Assembly: GCA_002104905.1 (NCBI GenBank)
Contig: MCFE01000475.1
Coordinates: 4,801 to 68,800, forward strand
Source: Basidiobolus meristosporus CBS 931.73
Lineage: Eukaryota; Fungi; Basidiobolomycota
Direction of reading: 5' to 3'
Length of the DNA stretch: 64,000 nt
A model generated the notes under the pieces. It searched no databases. It saw only the letters and a list, made by a program, of their open reading frames with translations, and was not told the DNA's origin. This document shows, in pieces, positions 39,220 to 51,654 of this stretch. The position numbers and the translations under genes were made by a program. Positions within the stretch are counted from its first letter, which is position 1. Each line of letters starts with the position of its first letter.

Positions 39220-39666
39220 GTGGTAACATGGTCCTCGGAGTATAAGCGGGAATTCAAGGAATTAAACTTGTTGTGGGTAAAGGGATTGTTCGAGGTGGAG
39301 GAGAGCGATGTCAAACAGCTGGATTATCCCGAGGAGAATATTTTGAAGACTGGTGGCCAGATATTCTTCCTTCTGGAAGGTAAAAAGGTGGCAGGAACCG
39401 TGGCAACCATTGTCCATGATGGTCAATGCGAGCTAGGGAAGATGACAGTAGCTGACGAATATCAAGGCAGAGGATACGCTCATCCACTTATGCAGGAAGC
39501 CATCAGCTGGGCCAAAAGGGAAGGCTATCCCAACATAATCCTGTTGACAGCCTTGAAGTTAATCAAGGCGGTCGCGCTCTACAAAAAGCACGGCTTCGAA
39601 ACCATTCATCTTGGCAAGCACCCCCATTACGAGAGATGTGATATCATCATGCAACTGACTTTCTAG
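39220..39666 (+). CDS. GNAT N-acetyltransferase, main exon; upstream exons probable
   Basis: ELGKMTVADEYQGRGYAHPLMQ acetyl-CoA motif A and AVALYKKHGF motif B. An acceptor TGTAG at 39198 precedes the frame. Candidate exons are 38902-38976 and 39042-39143 (branch point TACTAAC at 39014). Confidence 0.85.
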   Translation: MVTWSSEYKREFKELNLLWVKGLFEVEESDVKQLDYPEENILKTGGQIFFLLEGKKVAGTVATIVHDGQCELGKMTVADEYQGRGYAHPLMQEAISWAKREGYPNIILLTALKLIKAVALYKKHGFETIHLGKHPHYERCDIIMQLTF

Positions 39667-39899
39667 AACCACATCATACCTATATTCAACCCATCCGTCA
39701 ATATCGCACTCTTAAGGGGACTTATATCTAAAGAAGCTTATATGTAATCCACAGTCTTATGTACCTCAATATAGATTTGTCAATTTTCCACTTGCTAGTT
39801 CTTGAAATCATTTGTTATTCCTGAAGCGGTAAAATAGATTTGATTTCCACCACCTCTTACAGGAATCATGGTTGTGTATGACAGAGACAGGTTCTATAC

Positions 39900-40337
39900 C
39901 ATATTCTTTTTCATCATCACACCAGGAGTTCACAGTTCACCTGATTCCATCGAGGTAGCTTGCAATTTCCAATGGCATAGCAAGTGTGGCCAAGAATCTA
40001 TGGTTGGCTTTGCACCTAGAACTAGCATTCGACAGTATAGTCTATGAGTATCCCATCTTGCTGAGAATTTGTTATACTGTGCCTCGCAGCTGTCGTCCAA
40101 TGTGAACAACCCACCAGTCGAACATCGGCAATATGACCAACTATTGAAACCTACACGCTCAGCCACGTGGAGGAGATTCGGGACAATGGTAGCACCTTTT
40201 CGATTTCCCACAACCTTATCGGAGATGAACCACCGTAAGACTTCCAGCAGAAGGGTGAAACCAAATGTATCAATTTGCGTGGGGTGAATCAACCTGGGTG
40301 ATTGTGGAGACAATGCGAGGGCAGAATGTGTCTGCAA
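39900..40337 (-). pseudogene. Possible short-chain dehydrogenase pseudogene fragment
   Basis: Across frameshifts it reads ..KGATIVPNLLHVAERVG.., CKANHRFLATLAMPLEIA and GIR(V)NC(V)TPGV, resembling the SDR C-terminal half. Confidence 0.4.
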
Positions 40338-40523
40338 GAAGCGTTTGCTTTATCGATGGTTCCCACGGGGGATGATACTTCCAACGGTTAGATTATATTC
40401 CATGATGTTCTCCAGGCGACCCCTGAACCAGCATTAATAATTCAAAAATTCATTCGAAGAGTCGAGAAGCATTCCCATGCCCAACAATGTGATTGAATCT
40501 CACTCACAAATCGCTCCAGCTTC

Positions 40524-40778
40524 GTGGAGATTGGGGAATGTGAGATAGCAAAGATGACGGTCGCTGAAGAGTACCAAGGCCGAGGGTTTGCTCATTCGCT
40601 TGCGCAAGAGGCCATAGGCTGGACAAAAAGAGAAGGTTTCGCGAATGTCATACTACTTCCCAACCAGAAACTGGTCAAGGCAATCTCACTTTACAAAAAA
40701 TACGGCTTCGAGACTATTCGTCTGGGCACATATCCGGGTTACGTGCGCCGTGATATTATTATGAAGCTGAGCCTCTAA
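40524..40778 (+). pseudogene. Truncated tandem paralog of the GNAT (C-terminal half only)
   Basis: CEIAKMTVAEEYQGRGFAHSLAQEAIGWTKREG..LYKKYGFETIRLG aligns to 39220-39666. No N-terminal half or ATG was found upstream. Confidence 0.75.
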
Positions 40779-41174
40779 GGAATCTAAAGGAGCCATTGGT
40801 ATGGCTCTAATAAATCTATTCAAGTATCAAGATGCATGTGGTTATATGCTGATCTGGGGTTGTAGACAGCACTATGCAAGATTGACTAGCCCCTTTATTT
40901 TGTACACTAGAAACCAGATATGTCAAGATCAATAATGGTAATTCAGAGTGGTCCATCATAAAATATTCCCTTGCATTTGATGCTGGCTACTAAGGAGATA
41001 GTGAGGGTGAACCATGTTTCCTAAAAGACCTCTTTGCCAGAGCAGATGACATCAGGAGCGTTGTCATATATCTGGCCACACTGAAGGAGTCAACCAATAC
41101 CTTACGCATTATGCACCACTTTGGCTTCAAGAAAAGGTTTGAAGTGGATTCTTCTCATCAACATGGGTGAAACA

Positions 41175-41600
41175 TGTTGTAAAAATTTGTAATTCCACCT
41201 AAACATTCACCCAACTTAGTCCCTTAGCTCATTACCTACAAATCTTGGAGTATACTGACCAAATTCCTTGTTGGGATTTACTTGGAATACTTTCACCAAA
41301 CATCAGGTACCCAGTGTTGCATTATTCTGAGGAGTATTGGAACCAATATGGAGAACTAGAGGATTTACATGTTAATCATTTGTAGATTTATTGATCAAAA
41401 GTAAGTTATCTGATACTTTTGATAAAGTAGGGCAAAAAGCATGTAGAGTCTGTTAAGAAAGGTCCCATTGATTCTGGGTGCAAAGTTTGAGGTTGCTTGG
41501 ACAACCCTTGAGAAAGGTCATAGTCAGGATACCTGATAATTTAGCAATAATAATCCAAGTATATCCCAACAAGAAATTTGGTCAGGACAGAATGCAAATT
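41175..41600. mobile_element. copia LTR fragments (+ at 41175-41315, - at about 41475-41600)
   Basis: TGTTGTAAAAATTTGTAATTCCACC.. start, followed later by a reverse-complement LTR middle segment. Confidence 0.7.
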
Positions 41601-41601
41601 G

Positions 41602-43045
41602 TGTTGTGAAAACTTGTAATTCCTCCTAGATATTCACCTAACTTAGTCACTTGGTCATTACCTTCTAATCCTAGGGAATACTGACCAAATTCCTTGTTGG
41701 GATTTACTTTGAGAATTTTCATGTTCTGGGTACCTGGTATTTTGGGGAAAATATTCTAAGTTGTCCAAACAGCCCCAAACTTTGAACACATATTCTTGGA
41801 GACTTTCTTAACCTATCCTATGTGTGTGATGCCAAGACTATGTAAAGTATAAATACCACTTTTACATTCAATAAATCATCAAGTAAAAACCACATAATCT
41901 ACTTGTTCTCACAGTTGCTTCCAATATCTCCAAGACTCTTACAACAGGCTATGAGCCCCAAGCTGTCACTCTCTGCAATGTCCACTACCGCTATTCCTGG
42001 AATTTTTCCCTCTGCTGGAAAGTTGGATGGATCTAACTACCAAGTGTGGAAGGTGAACACAAAGATGCTGCTACAAGAAAGAGGCCTTTGGGATATTGTC
42101 ATGGTAGTAGAATGCCCTCCTAAAAGGATGGGAGAGGAAGTCTCAAAGTACCAGAAAAAGAACAAAGTGCCTTTGACTGCATATGCCTTAATCTCAAAGA
42201 CAAATTGCTAATTCAATGCTCAACAGCAAAAACGGCAAAAAATGCCTGGAAGGCATTAGAAGCCACCTACCAGTCATGTGCAGCTGGTAAGAAAATGTAT
42301 TGAAGACAAAAATTCCTTACCACAAAGATGCTGCCAAGAGAAGAAATGAAAAATCTAATTAACAGAATAACCCTAATGGTGGATGAGATGGAATCTGAGG
42401 GCATACAAACTACTGATGAGGATGTGATAGTTACCATTCTGAATAGCCTGACAGACAAGCTTCTGGGCCTTGTTACAGCCCTAGAGTCCAGAACTGAGGA
42501 TCTGACCTTAAATTATGTATATGGAAGGCTCCTGGATGAAGAATTAAGAAAATCAAGTGCCAATAAGTAGGAAGAAGAAAATGCTTTAATAAGCAATGAT
42601 AACCAACAAAGGAGATACCCAAGACCTTTTAAAGGGAACAGCAACCTGTTTTGTAACTACTGCAAAGGAAAGGACATACATCAGACTGGTGCTTTAAAAA
42701 GAGAGATAGTCAGCAGAAAAAGCCTGAATATGGAAATGCTGCAACAGCTGATGATAAACTATTCATATCTGCACTTAATATGTCCACAAATAAGGATTCT
42801 GAGACATGGTACATTGACTCTGGAGCATCTCAACACTTTACATACCAAAAAGAACTTTTTACCCAATATCAAGAAACTCCAATCAAGGAGGTTTTCATGG
42901 GAGACAATAGAACACTTGATGCTGCAGGAGAAGGAACTATCCAAGTAAACCTTAGCAGCAGTGAAGGAAGCCAATTGCTGACCTTTAAAGAAGTACTCTA
43001 TCTAACAGAAATAGCCAAGAGCCTACTATCTGTAAGCAAGGCCAC
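41602..43045 (+). mobile_element. 3'-truncated sister copy of the copia element (LTR 41602-41946, PBS, gag-PR)
   Basis: The LTR ends CTTACAACA followed by GGCTATGAGCCC. gag from ATG 41978 is colinear with 5751 onward but has frameshifts and stops. Homology ends after LLSVSKAT. Confidence 0.92.
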
Positions 43046-44344
43046 TCCAGCCCAGATCAGCTGCCAGAAACCTGCAATGAGTCTGTCATAATGTTGGCAG
43101 CTTGGAGTTATTGGCCCTCTACATAAACTTATGACAAGATTGTGAGAGCATTTTCTGATTTCACTGCCACAATAAGGCTAAACACTTGACTGTGTTTTAG
43201 AGGTCTTTTGAGAAGAATTGCATGATATTCTAATGGTTGTGATGCTCTATACATATATTTGAGTAGACCTAGCCAGTCAATACATCCAATTGTCTTATTT
43301 GGCAAGAAACTTGATTGTGTTCTGATGACCTCATTGCAAACCTCTGTTAGCATTATTATGGAAGTGTGGCAGCCTACAGCCGGCTCATACAATGTCACTG
43401 TATGTACACAACTCCTAATTAACCACTTATACAACTATAAGATGGGATTGAGTGGTGTTTAGCTGATTTAACTGCCAAATAAAGTTAAAACTTAACAGTG
43501 TTTAAGCAGTCTTTTGACAAGAGCTGCATGGCATTGTCATAATCTTCATGTGCTACCTTTACAAAGTGGATCTAACCAGCCAAAGCATACAATTGCCTTC
43601 TATAGCAAGAAACTTGACAGTTTTCTAAAGGCCTCATTGTAAGCCTTCAATACCATCATAATGGCAGTACAGTAGCCTACAGCTAGTTCAGAATAGTTCC
43701 ACTGTACCAATTTACCAAATGTTATTTCCTTTTTCTGCCTCCCCTTGCTCCATTCTTATTACCACCTTAGAATCACCCCTCTTAATTTGCTTACACACTA
43801 GACTTGTTCCATTGTACCATACCAGGGTGTGGGCAAAATCCTCAGTTGTTAATAATGAATGGGTGCAATACTGTAGCTACCAGTAGGCAGAAATGCCCCA
43901 ATGAGAAATTATTGTAATGGTCCTCTCAAAAGACCATCACAAACTCTAAGTCCTGTGACTAAGAGATATTGGTTCCATCAGGATACCATGCAAAGACTGC
44001 CAAAAAAAATTTGCTCCCCAGATATCATAAAAACTTGGTGAAAATTCTTCATCACAACAATACAAAAGTGGATATTGATTGGTTCTCTGACAATTTTCTC
44101 ACTCTACAATCCCAGAAACTCTATCACCTCCTGCATTTGTGTGCATTGATTGGCTATTGCCTCTTTTTCACACTCCTTACTACTTGACTCACCATTTCTC
44201 TTACTTTTCATGCCTACAAGTTGATTTATTTCTGTTGAAACTTCTGTTGTACCTTAGTTGCTACTTGTATTGACCTACACAAGTCCCTATACCCTACATT
44301 AACATTAAGCCCAACCCCACACTCAGCAAGTAACTCCATTAAAA

Positions 44345-44842
44345 TCACCACTCAATAAGTATTTCTGCTGTAACACTCTGGTTCCACAGCTTTGGCAGGA
44401 ACCCAATGGCTTTATGCCAATGTGCATTCACTGGTTCCCATACATACTGGTCTTCAGCCAGCACTGCAAGGTCTAGCACCTCATCTGTCAGTCTTTGCAA
44501 TACATCCTTCAAATATTCTAGTGTGTTTTCTTGAGCACTGCTCTTGGAGAGGTGCTGCAACCTCTTTAGGTGCCTATTAATGTTCCAAAATTCCACTGAA
44601 GGCATTGTGATAGTCTTTTGAGCTCTGGACATTGTAGCCCTGTCTGTCAGTGGGATCTCCACTCTGCCAACAATGGAGGATGTGGAGGCTGTGGTAGACA
44701 AATTGCCTTTTTCAGCAAACTCATCTACCTTGCTTGATTGTAGCTCAACTGGCTGTGCTTCCAACTCTTGTGAAAACAGATGGTATCTTGTTGGTAATTC
44801 TTCTTGGCTATGATGCAATTCAGTCTGTTCTGGGCTTGACAA
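44345..44842 (-). pseudogene. Family X ORF-B, unknown protein
   Basis: 165-aa ORF. A homolog is split by an LTR at 47034-47318 and 48122-48474 and conserves VEFWNI.RH.KRLQH..W.PVN..WHKAIGFLPKLWNQSVTAEI.IEW. Confidence 0.55.
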
Positions 44843-45028
44843 GAGAAGTCAATGATAGATCTGTTTGAGCTCTTGCCAAAAGACTTTACTATGGCCCAGG
44901 TGACTATGATGAGCCTTCATAGAGCTATTTGGGCACTACTCATTAATCTAGCAGAACTAGATACCTCAGAGAGCTGACAAAGAGGGAAGAACCTGAGTAG
45001 AAAGCGGTAGCATGAATTCTACATCAAG

Positions 45029-45844
45029 ATGCTGGTGGATGTATGTAAGAAGATATATAACAAGAGGAGCATTGATATCAATAATGAGCTGAGAGTGAGG
45101 GGATTTGATGAGGGCGCCATGCAGGAACAATTTTGCACACAATTTGCACAGTACAAGCTGGACGTGTCCATTTGTGCCTCAACTTTGGGAACCAATGAGA
45201 TTTTGAATCAGCTTTTGCCTCAAATTACCAATGTACTATGTGATATATTAGTAGAGCTAAGTGGCTTCCAAGTGCAATATACACAGGATTCATTCAGGCA
45301 AAAGTTCCATAGAATCAGACAGAGGGTAAGTGAATACCTTGAGGAATCAGAAGGTGAGATTCAAGAGGCAGAATACAGGCTGCAAGCAACAGCATCTAAA
45401 TTGCCCCAGCACACCTTGCTGGATTCCTTACCATCCCTTGCAGCTTCAGCATGCAGGCTCACATCAGTCCAAACTATGCCAACCCCCTTCACAAGAGCAC
45501 CCCGCATTGAGTTAACTCATGTTAGGTCAACATGCATGGTTCAGAGTAAAACCTCCGGCCCTTGCTAGACTGCTCACTTAGACACAAGTCCATTGGAGTA
45601 GGCTGAGTCACATCATCAAGCAGCATCACATCAAACTCAGCCAAGAGCCATGCCTGCACATCAAGTCACACCTGTGTGGGCCACTACACCTGACCATCAG
45701 CAAGTTTCTTGTGGTGAACTGACTGATGATGACCCACATGAAGCGCCTCTGCCACCAGAGCCTTTGGCAAGTAAAAGAATGCACCAGTACATAGCACTGA
45801 AGGCCAGTTCATTAGCATCATCCAGAGCAATTAAGTGCAGCTAA
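45029..45844 (+). pseudogene. Family X ORF-A, unknown protein (about 270 aa with two in-frame TAG)
   Basis: The 45029 and 45650 ORFs share a frame. Homologs lie at 57852-58200 (-) and 62983-63745 (-), where the stop positions encode Q (or W at the second position in one copy). Confidence 0.6.
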
Positions 45845-46579
45845 GCTGAAGCATTGCACTCATCAACTAGGAGGCAAAATACTGACTACAAATACACAAG
45901 TAGCCAAGAGAATAGTCAACAAGAAAGTAGCTTAGGTATGAAAAGTGAATCACTACCAAATGCTTCAGTAGTAGTCCCTGTGAGAAAAAAACTCAGAAGA
46001 TGATGCAATTACATTAAATCATTATTATATGTCATGAGCCAAACTACACATTTTTTTTGCAATCCAAATTGAGCCATTGCAAATCAGTGATCATTATATT
46101 TTTGATATAAGCAATATGAGGTTGTTTCTCAGTTGAGACAGAACCCCAATATATAAACACCCTGCATATATATACATTGTCTGTAACACCAGTGCAGCCA
46201 TATGATCTGTTTTGCACCTATCCAATTGGCTGTGTGCTAGCTATGACACCTTGTCCAATCACTAGCATCAGCAACTTATTTGCTCAATGGGCAAAATGGA
46301 ATATTTGATGGTGAGTCAGGTAGCTTGAATTGGTCAAAGAGCTAATTGGGGGCTGACAACTTCAGTATACTTTTGGACCAATCAACCACTGGGATACCAT
46401 CCAATTGGGGTGAATGTGACCAAAATGGCAAGTATCAGTGTAGTTTATAGTGTGATAGGCATTTATTTCCATTTGCATTAAAGAAACATACTCAAATACC
46501 AGCTTTTACCAACAGTAATAGTGGTATCCAATTGCACATGTGATGCAAACATAACAAGTTGGCGCAATTATCTGTGCCA

Positions 46580-48820
46580 ACCTCTCCCTATGAGAAATTA
46601 TTGAGATGATCCCATCAGAAGGCCATCACAAAGCAAAAGTCCCATGACTAAGAGGTACTGATCTTGTTAGGACAGCATCCAGAGACTGCTGAAAAATAAT
46701 TGCACCCCAGATTTCACAAAAAACTTAGTCAAAATTTCTCATCACAACAATGAATAAGTGGCATTAGATTGGTTCCCTGCCAATTTGCTCACTTTTGGAT
46801 CCCAGACACTCTATTGCCTCCTATATTTATGTGAATGAATTGGCTATTGCCTCTTTTTCACACTCCTTACTTCCTGACTCAACTATTTGCTTACTTTCAT
46901 GCATACAAATTGATTTCTTGCCATTGAAACTTCAGTTGTACCTCAATTGCCAATTTTATTGACCTATACAAGCCTCTAGGCCCTACACTATCATCAAGCT
47001 CAACCTCACACTCAAAAAGTAACTCCATTAAAATTACCACTCAATTGGTATTTCTGCTGTAACACTCTGGTTCCACAACTTTGGCAGGAACCCAATGGCT
47101 TTATGCCACTGATCATTCACTGGTTTCCACATATCCTGGTCTTCAGCTGGCACTCCAAGGTATAGCTCCTCATCTGCCAGTCTTTGCAATAAATCCTTGC
47201 AATATTCCAGTCCACGTTTGAGAGCACTGCTCTTGAAGAAGTGCTGCAACCTCTTGGTGTGCCTATGAATGTTCCAAAACTCCACTAAAAAAAGGCATTG
47301 TGATAGTCTTTTGAACACTGTGGTAGGGTAAACATACCTCCCACAGACAAGTTTATTCATATAGTCATTATGATATACTTATCCATATTTTATCTTATCA
47401 GTATTATCCCATTCTTCTTTTGCCCATATTATCAGTATTATCCCCATATGATGTTTACCCTGATTAGTTATTAGCATTAGTATCCCAGATGTTATTCAGC
47501 TTTGTGATCAGTAGATGTATCTATATAAGGCAAGTACCCGCGTCAGTACCTGTGACACATGACCTAGGTCTGTGTTACCATCCTTACCATTTCAATACCA
47601 TATATGGTATTTCTATGTTGCACAGGTTTCAGACTACTGATTCCTAATTGGTTGAGAGTGCTGTGCCTTTTAGAACCTTCCTGGACATTCTTGGCATATT
47701 TTTAGCTCATAGTGATGTCATCAAGAATTCCACTGATACCTAGAATCTTCTAGAACCTTGTCATTAGTAATCACTTGGCAATCAGGAAAAGTATTTAAGG
47801 GAAAGCAATCCCTCATCAATAAATCATCCCTTCTATCAGTAACACTTCTACCTTATTGATTAGCAGTTGATCACTGCACCTGCCTTCAACAGTACATCCA
47901 AGACCTGCCCTCAAGGAGCTTTTCAGGGTAGTGCACAAGACACACAGAGGCCTTTGGAGACACTTGGAGCACCTAGGAAGCTAAAGAAGCAGGAGCTTTT
48001 ACCATAGTGACATATTGACAAAGACACCAGCAGTTTAGACACAGAGGTTATTGCACCCATCAGACACCTCACACATCTTGAGTTGTGTAGCTTCTCCCAG
48101 GAGTACCTCTACACCACCACAACGCTTGACATTGTAGCCTTGTCTGTCAGTGGGATATCCACTCTATCAGCAGTGGAGGATGTGGTAGACAAATTACCTT
48201 TTTCAGCAAACTCATCTACCGTGCTGCGATGTAGCTCAACTGGCTGTGCTTCTAACTCATGTGAAAACAGCCATTTTTGTGTTAGCAGATTTTCCTGGCT
48301 AAGATGGGACTCAGTCTGTTCCTGGCTTGCGGCGCTAATTGGCAAGAACTGCAGTTTTTTTTGCATGCCTCCTTGTCTCAGGCTTGGGTAGACATTTTTC
48401 CCTTTACCTTTTCCTTTATCACTGCCAGGTCTTTCACTGCTACTTTGTCTGAGTGCTTCTTGTAAGAAATACATTTTCTCCTGGATAGATTGTGCTCTTA
48501 TGCACCTGTTTTGGCCTGCTTGTCCCTTGCTGGCACTCTTCTAGCAACCTAATGTTTCTTCTCCGCTTGTTTTAAGCTCTCAAATGTAGTTGTGACAGGC
48601 TCCTGTAAAGGCAGCTAGTTTTTATCACTGCCAGGTCCTTCACTGCTACTTTGACTGGGTGCTTCTTGCATGGTACTATGCTTTTTCCTTGATAAATGTT
48701 GTGCTGGTACATTTATGCCTGCCTGCTGGTCCCTAATTGACACTCTTCCAACTACCTGATGTCTCTTTGACACTTGTCTGGAGCTTTTTGCCCTACTTGT
48801 AATGGGCACTTAAGGAAGCT
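46580..48820. mobile_element. Second, partial family X copy interrupted by a solo LTR
   Basis: 46580-47318 is colinear with about 43895-44620, and homology resumes at 48122. Confidence 0.65.
47319..48121 (+). mobile_element. Solo gypsy-type LTR (family 2, 803 bp)
   Basis: TGTGGTAGGG...CACCACCACA, 4-bp flanks ACAC/ACGC. Removing it restores colinearity with 44600-44650. Shares its 3' end with the gypsy LTR at 50572-51650. Confidence 0.85.
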
Positions 48821-48822
48821 GC

Positions 48823-49892
48823 TGTGGTGGTGTATAGGTCCAAGGGAGAGATACAACCAACACTTCTCAAGTGTTTTGTGTGTGGGGTGCTCACTGGGTG
48901 CAATAACCTCCGGCAAAAGCTTGCTAGGAATACTTGGGTTCTGTCTCTAATCTAATGTGAAGGGGGATAAAGCCACAAGCTTGTCAAGGGAAAACTATTG
49001 AGCTATAATCCCCAACTTAGTTGGCATCTTAACAAAAGTATGTGCTGGGTTCAGTGTCCTTTGAGATGACAATGCACTAAAACTTCCAAAGTCAAAACAA
49101 CTGTTAACTCCACCAGCAGGGACTTGATAAGAATGCAGCTGTGATCAATAGTTACAAAGACAGAAAAGTATCTTTGCCCATACAAGAACAAACTTGGGAA
49201 AGAATCAAATATAGTAAAAGATACCTACTCTGAGTATTCCTCACAAGTGGTGCCTCTAAGGTCAGTTGGCTGTCAGCGCGGTTTCCTGGGAGTGTCCTGT
49301 GGGCTGGGGTTGGAAGTTCAGGTAGCAGCAGGTAGCAGTGATCACACTAATCAACAAGTTGGTATATTGATAAAAGGGATGATGAATTATTGTTGAAGGA
49401 TAGCCTCCCTTTTATACTTTTCTTACTGACTAAGTGATTACTAATCATGGTGTTCCAGAAGGTTCTGGATATCAATAGAAGTCTTGATGACATCAGAATG
49501 ACCTAAGAATGTTCTGAGTAGGTGCCGGAAGGTTCTAAGAGGCACAGCACATCCAACCAATGAGGAATCAGTATTCTGAAACCTGTGTAAGATAAGGATA
49601 TCATATATGGTATGGATATGGTAGGGATGGTGACATGGGTTGATCATGTGTCACAGATACTGGTGCAGGTATTTGCCTAATATAGAGGCAGTTATAGCTA
49701 GTAATCTTACAAAAAGTGAGGGGTAACTTATGCAATAAGGTGAGCAGGTGTGATAGTCAATCAGCTTATGGGATAGTACTGATTGGGTAAGACAAATGGG
49801 ATAAACTGAAATAAGTGTAGTAGAGATATTGGGAAGTAGAAAATAAGGGAATGAGCACATCTGTCAGTTGGTGTCACTGTCACCCCACTACA
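48823..49892 (-). mobile_element. Solo gypsy LTR (family 1, 1070 bp)
   Basis: Reverse complement TGTAGTGGGG...CACCACCACA is homologous to 50572-51650. Perfect 4-bp TSD CTGC (48819-48822 and 49893-49896). Confidence 0.9.
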
Positions 49893-49939
49893 CTGCTGGT
49901 TTTTAGCCATGGCATCCTTGTTCTTCTGCCTTTGATAGT

Positions 49940-50448
49940 TTCTGCTATTGATGAGGGATTGACTTCCTTTAAATACATTTCCTGATTGCCAAGTGAATAC
50001 TAATGAGAAGGGTCAAGAATATTTCAGGTACTAGTGGAAATCTTGATGACAATACTATGAACTAAGAATACTCCAAGAATGTCCTGGAAGGTTCCCAAAG
50101 GCACATCACCTCCAACCAATCAGGAATCAGTAGTATGAAACCTGAACAATGTAGAGATACTATATGTAGTATTGAAATGGTAGGGATGGTAACACAGACT
50201 TAGGTAATGTGTTGTGGGTACTCACACAAGTACTTACCTAATGTAGATACATATACTGATCACAAAGCTGAATAACATCTGCAATAACAAATGGTAATAA
50301 CTAAACAGGGTAAACATCATATGGGGATAATACTAATAATATGGGCAAAAGATGAATTGGATAAAACTGATAGGATAAGTTATGGATAAGTGCATCAGAA
50401 TTACTATATGATAAACTTGTTTGTGGGAGGTATGTTTACCCTACCACA
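49940..50448 (-). mobile_element. Partial family 2 LTR
   Basis: Reverse complement starts TGTGGTAGGGTAAACATACC and is colinear with 47319 onward for about 500 bp. Confidence 0.8.
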
Positions 50449-51654
50449 TCAGCAGAGTTCTACTTGTTCAGCTTTATGTTTGTGGTATAGCCATGCAAAT
50501 CCTGTTACAAGCTCCTTGCACAACAGCTGTAGATGTGCCAAGTAGGCATTAGACTTGTTCCATTGTACTATTGTAGTGGGGTCACAGTGACACCCACAGG
50601 CAGATGTGCTCATTCCCATACATTCACTTCCCTAAAAAGGATTACCCCCCACCTATATTAGTACCATCCCAAATTGCAATATTTTCTATCTGTTTATGTG
50701 ATTATTACTATGCAACCTGACAAACTATTTGTAACTATTAACCCATTGCACAAGCTATTCCTATTCCTTGCCAAGATGCCAAGATAAGATAGTTACCATA
50801 TAAGGCAAGTACCCCCAACAGTGCCTATGTCATGTGACCATCCTAGTATCATAGCCCTCATATCCTACTACCATATGAGGTAGCTACATGACACAGAGGT
50901 TTCATATTACCACTGTCTGATTGGCTGAGTGCTACTATGTCTCATGGAACAAGCTGCCAAGAACTTGAGCTATTTCTAGTACACAATGACATGATTGGCT
51001 GTATACTACCTTCTGGAAACTTCCGGAAAGTATTTTTTAGCAAGAATTTGAGCAGCAAAAAAGTATATAAGGGAGGCTATCCCTTAAAATAAATCATCCC
51101 TCTTCCAATATTCCAACTTATTGATTAGTGAGATCACTGCTACCTATTACCACTACTTTCTGACTCAGACCTGACAATACTCCCAGGAAACCGCACTGAC
51201 AGCCAACTGACCTTGGAGGCACTACTTGTGAGGAATACTCAGAGTAGGTATACTTTATTATATTTGATTCTTTCCCAAGTTTGTTCTTGTACAGGCAAAT
51301 GTACTTCTCAGTCTTTGTAACTATTGGTCAAAGCTGCATTCTTAACAAGTCCCTGTTGGTCAGGCTTACAGTTGTTTTGACTTTGGAAGCTTTAGTGCAT
51401 TGTCATCTCAAAGGACATCAAAGCCATTATAAACTTTTGTTAAGACACCAACTAAGTTGGGGATTGTAGTTCAATAGTTTCCCCTTGACAAGCTTGAGGC
51501 TTTATCCCACTTCACATTAGATTAGACAAAAGACCCAGTATTCCTAGCAAGCTTTTACCAGAGGTTATTGCACCCAGTGAACACCCCACACACATTCACA
51601 CTTGAGAAGTGTTGGCTGTATTTTGCCCTTTGGACTTATACACCACCACATATT

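Larger units (their letters stand above)
43800..46580. mobile_element. TIR-family element (family X) with AGACTTGTTC terminus carrying two divergent ORFs
   Basis: Starts ACT|AGACTTGTTCCATTGTAC. An approximately 90-bp terminal block recurs at 61117 and 62030, and internal sequence recurs at 46580-48820, 57537-58200 (-) and 62030-63900 (-). Confidence 0.6.
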
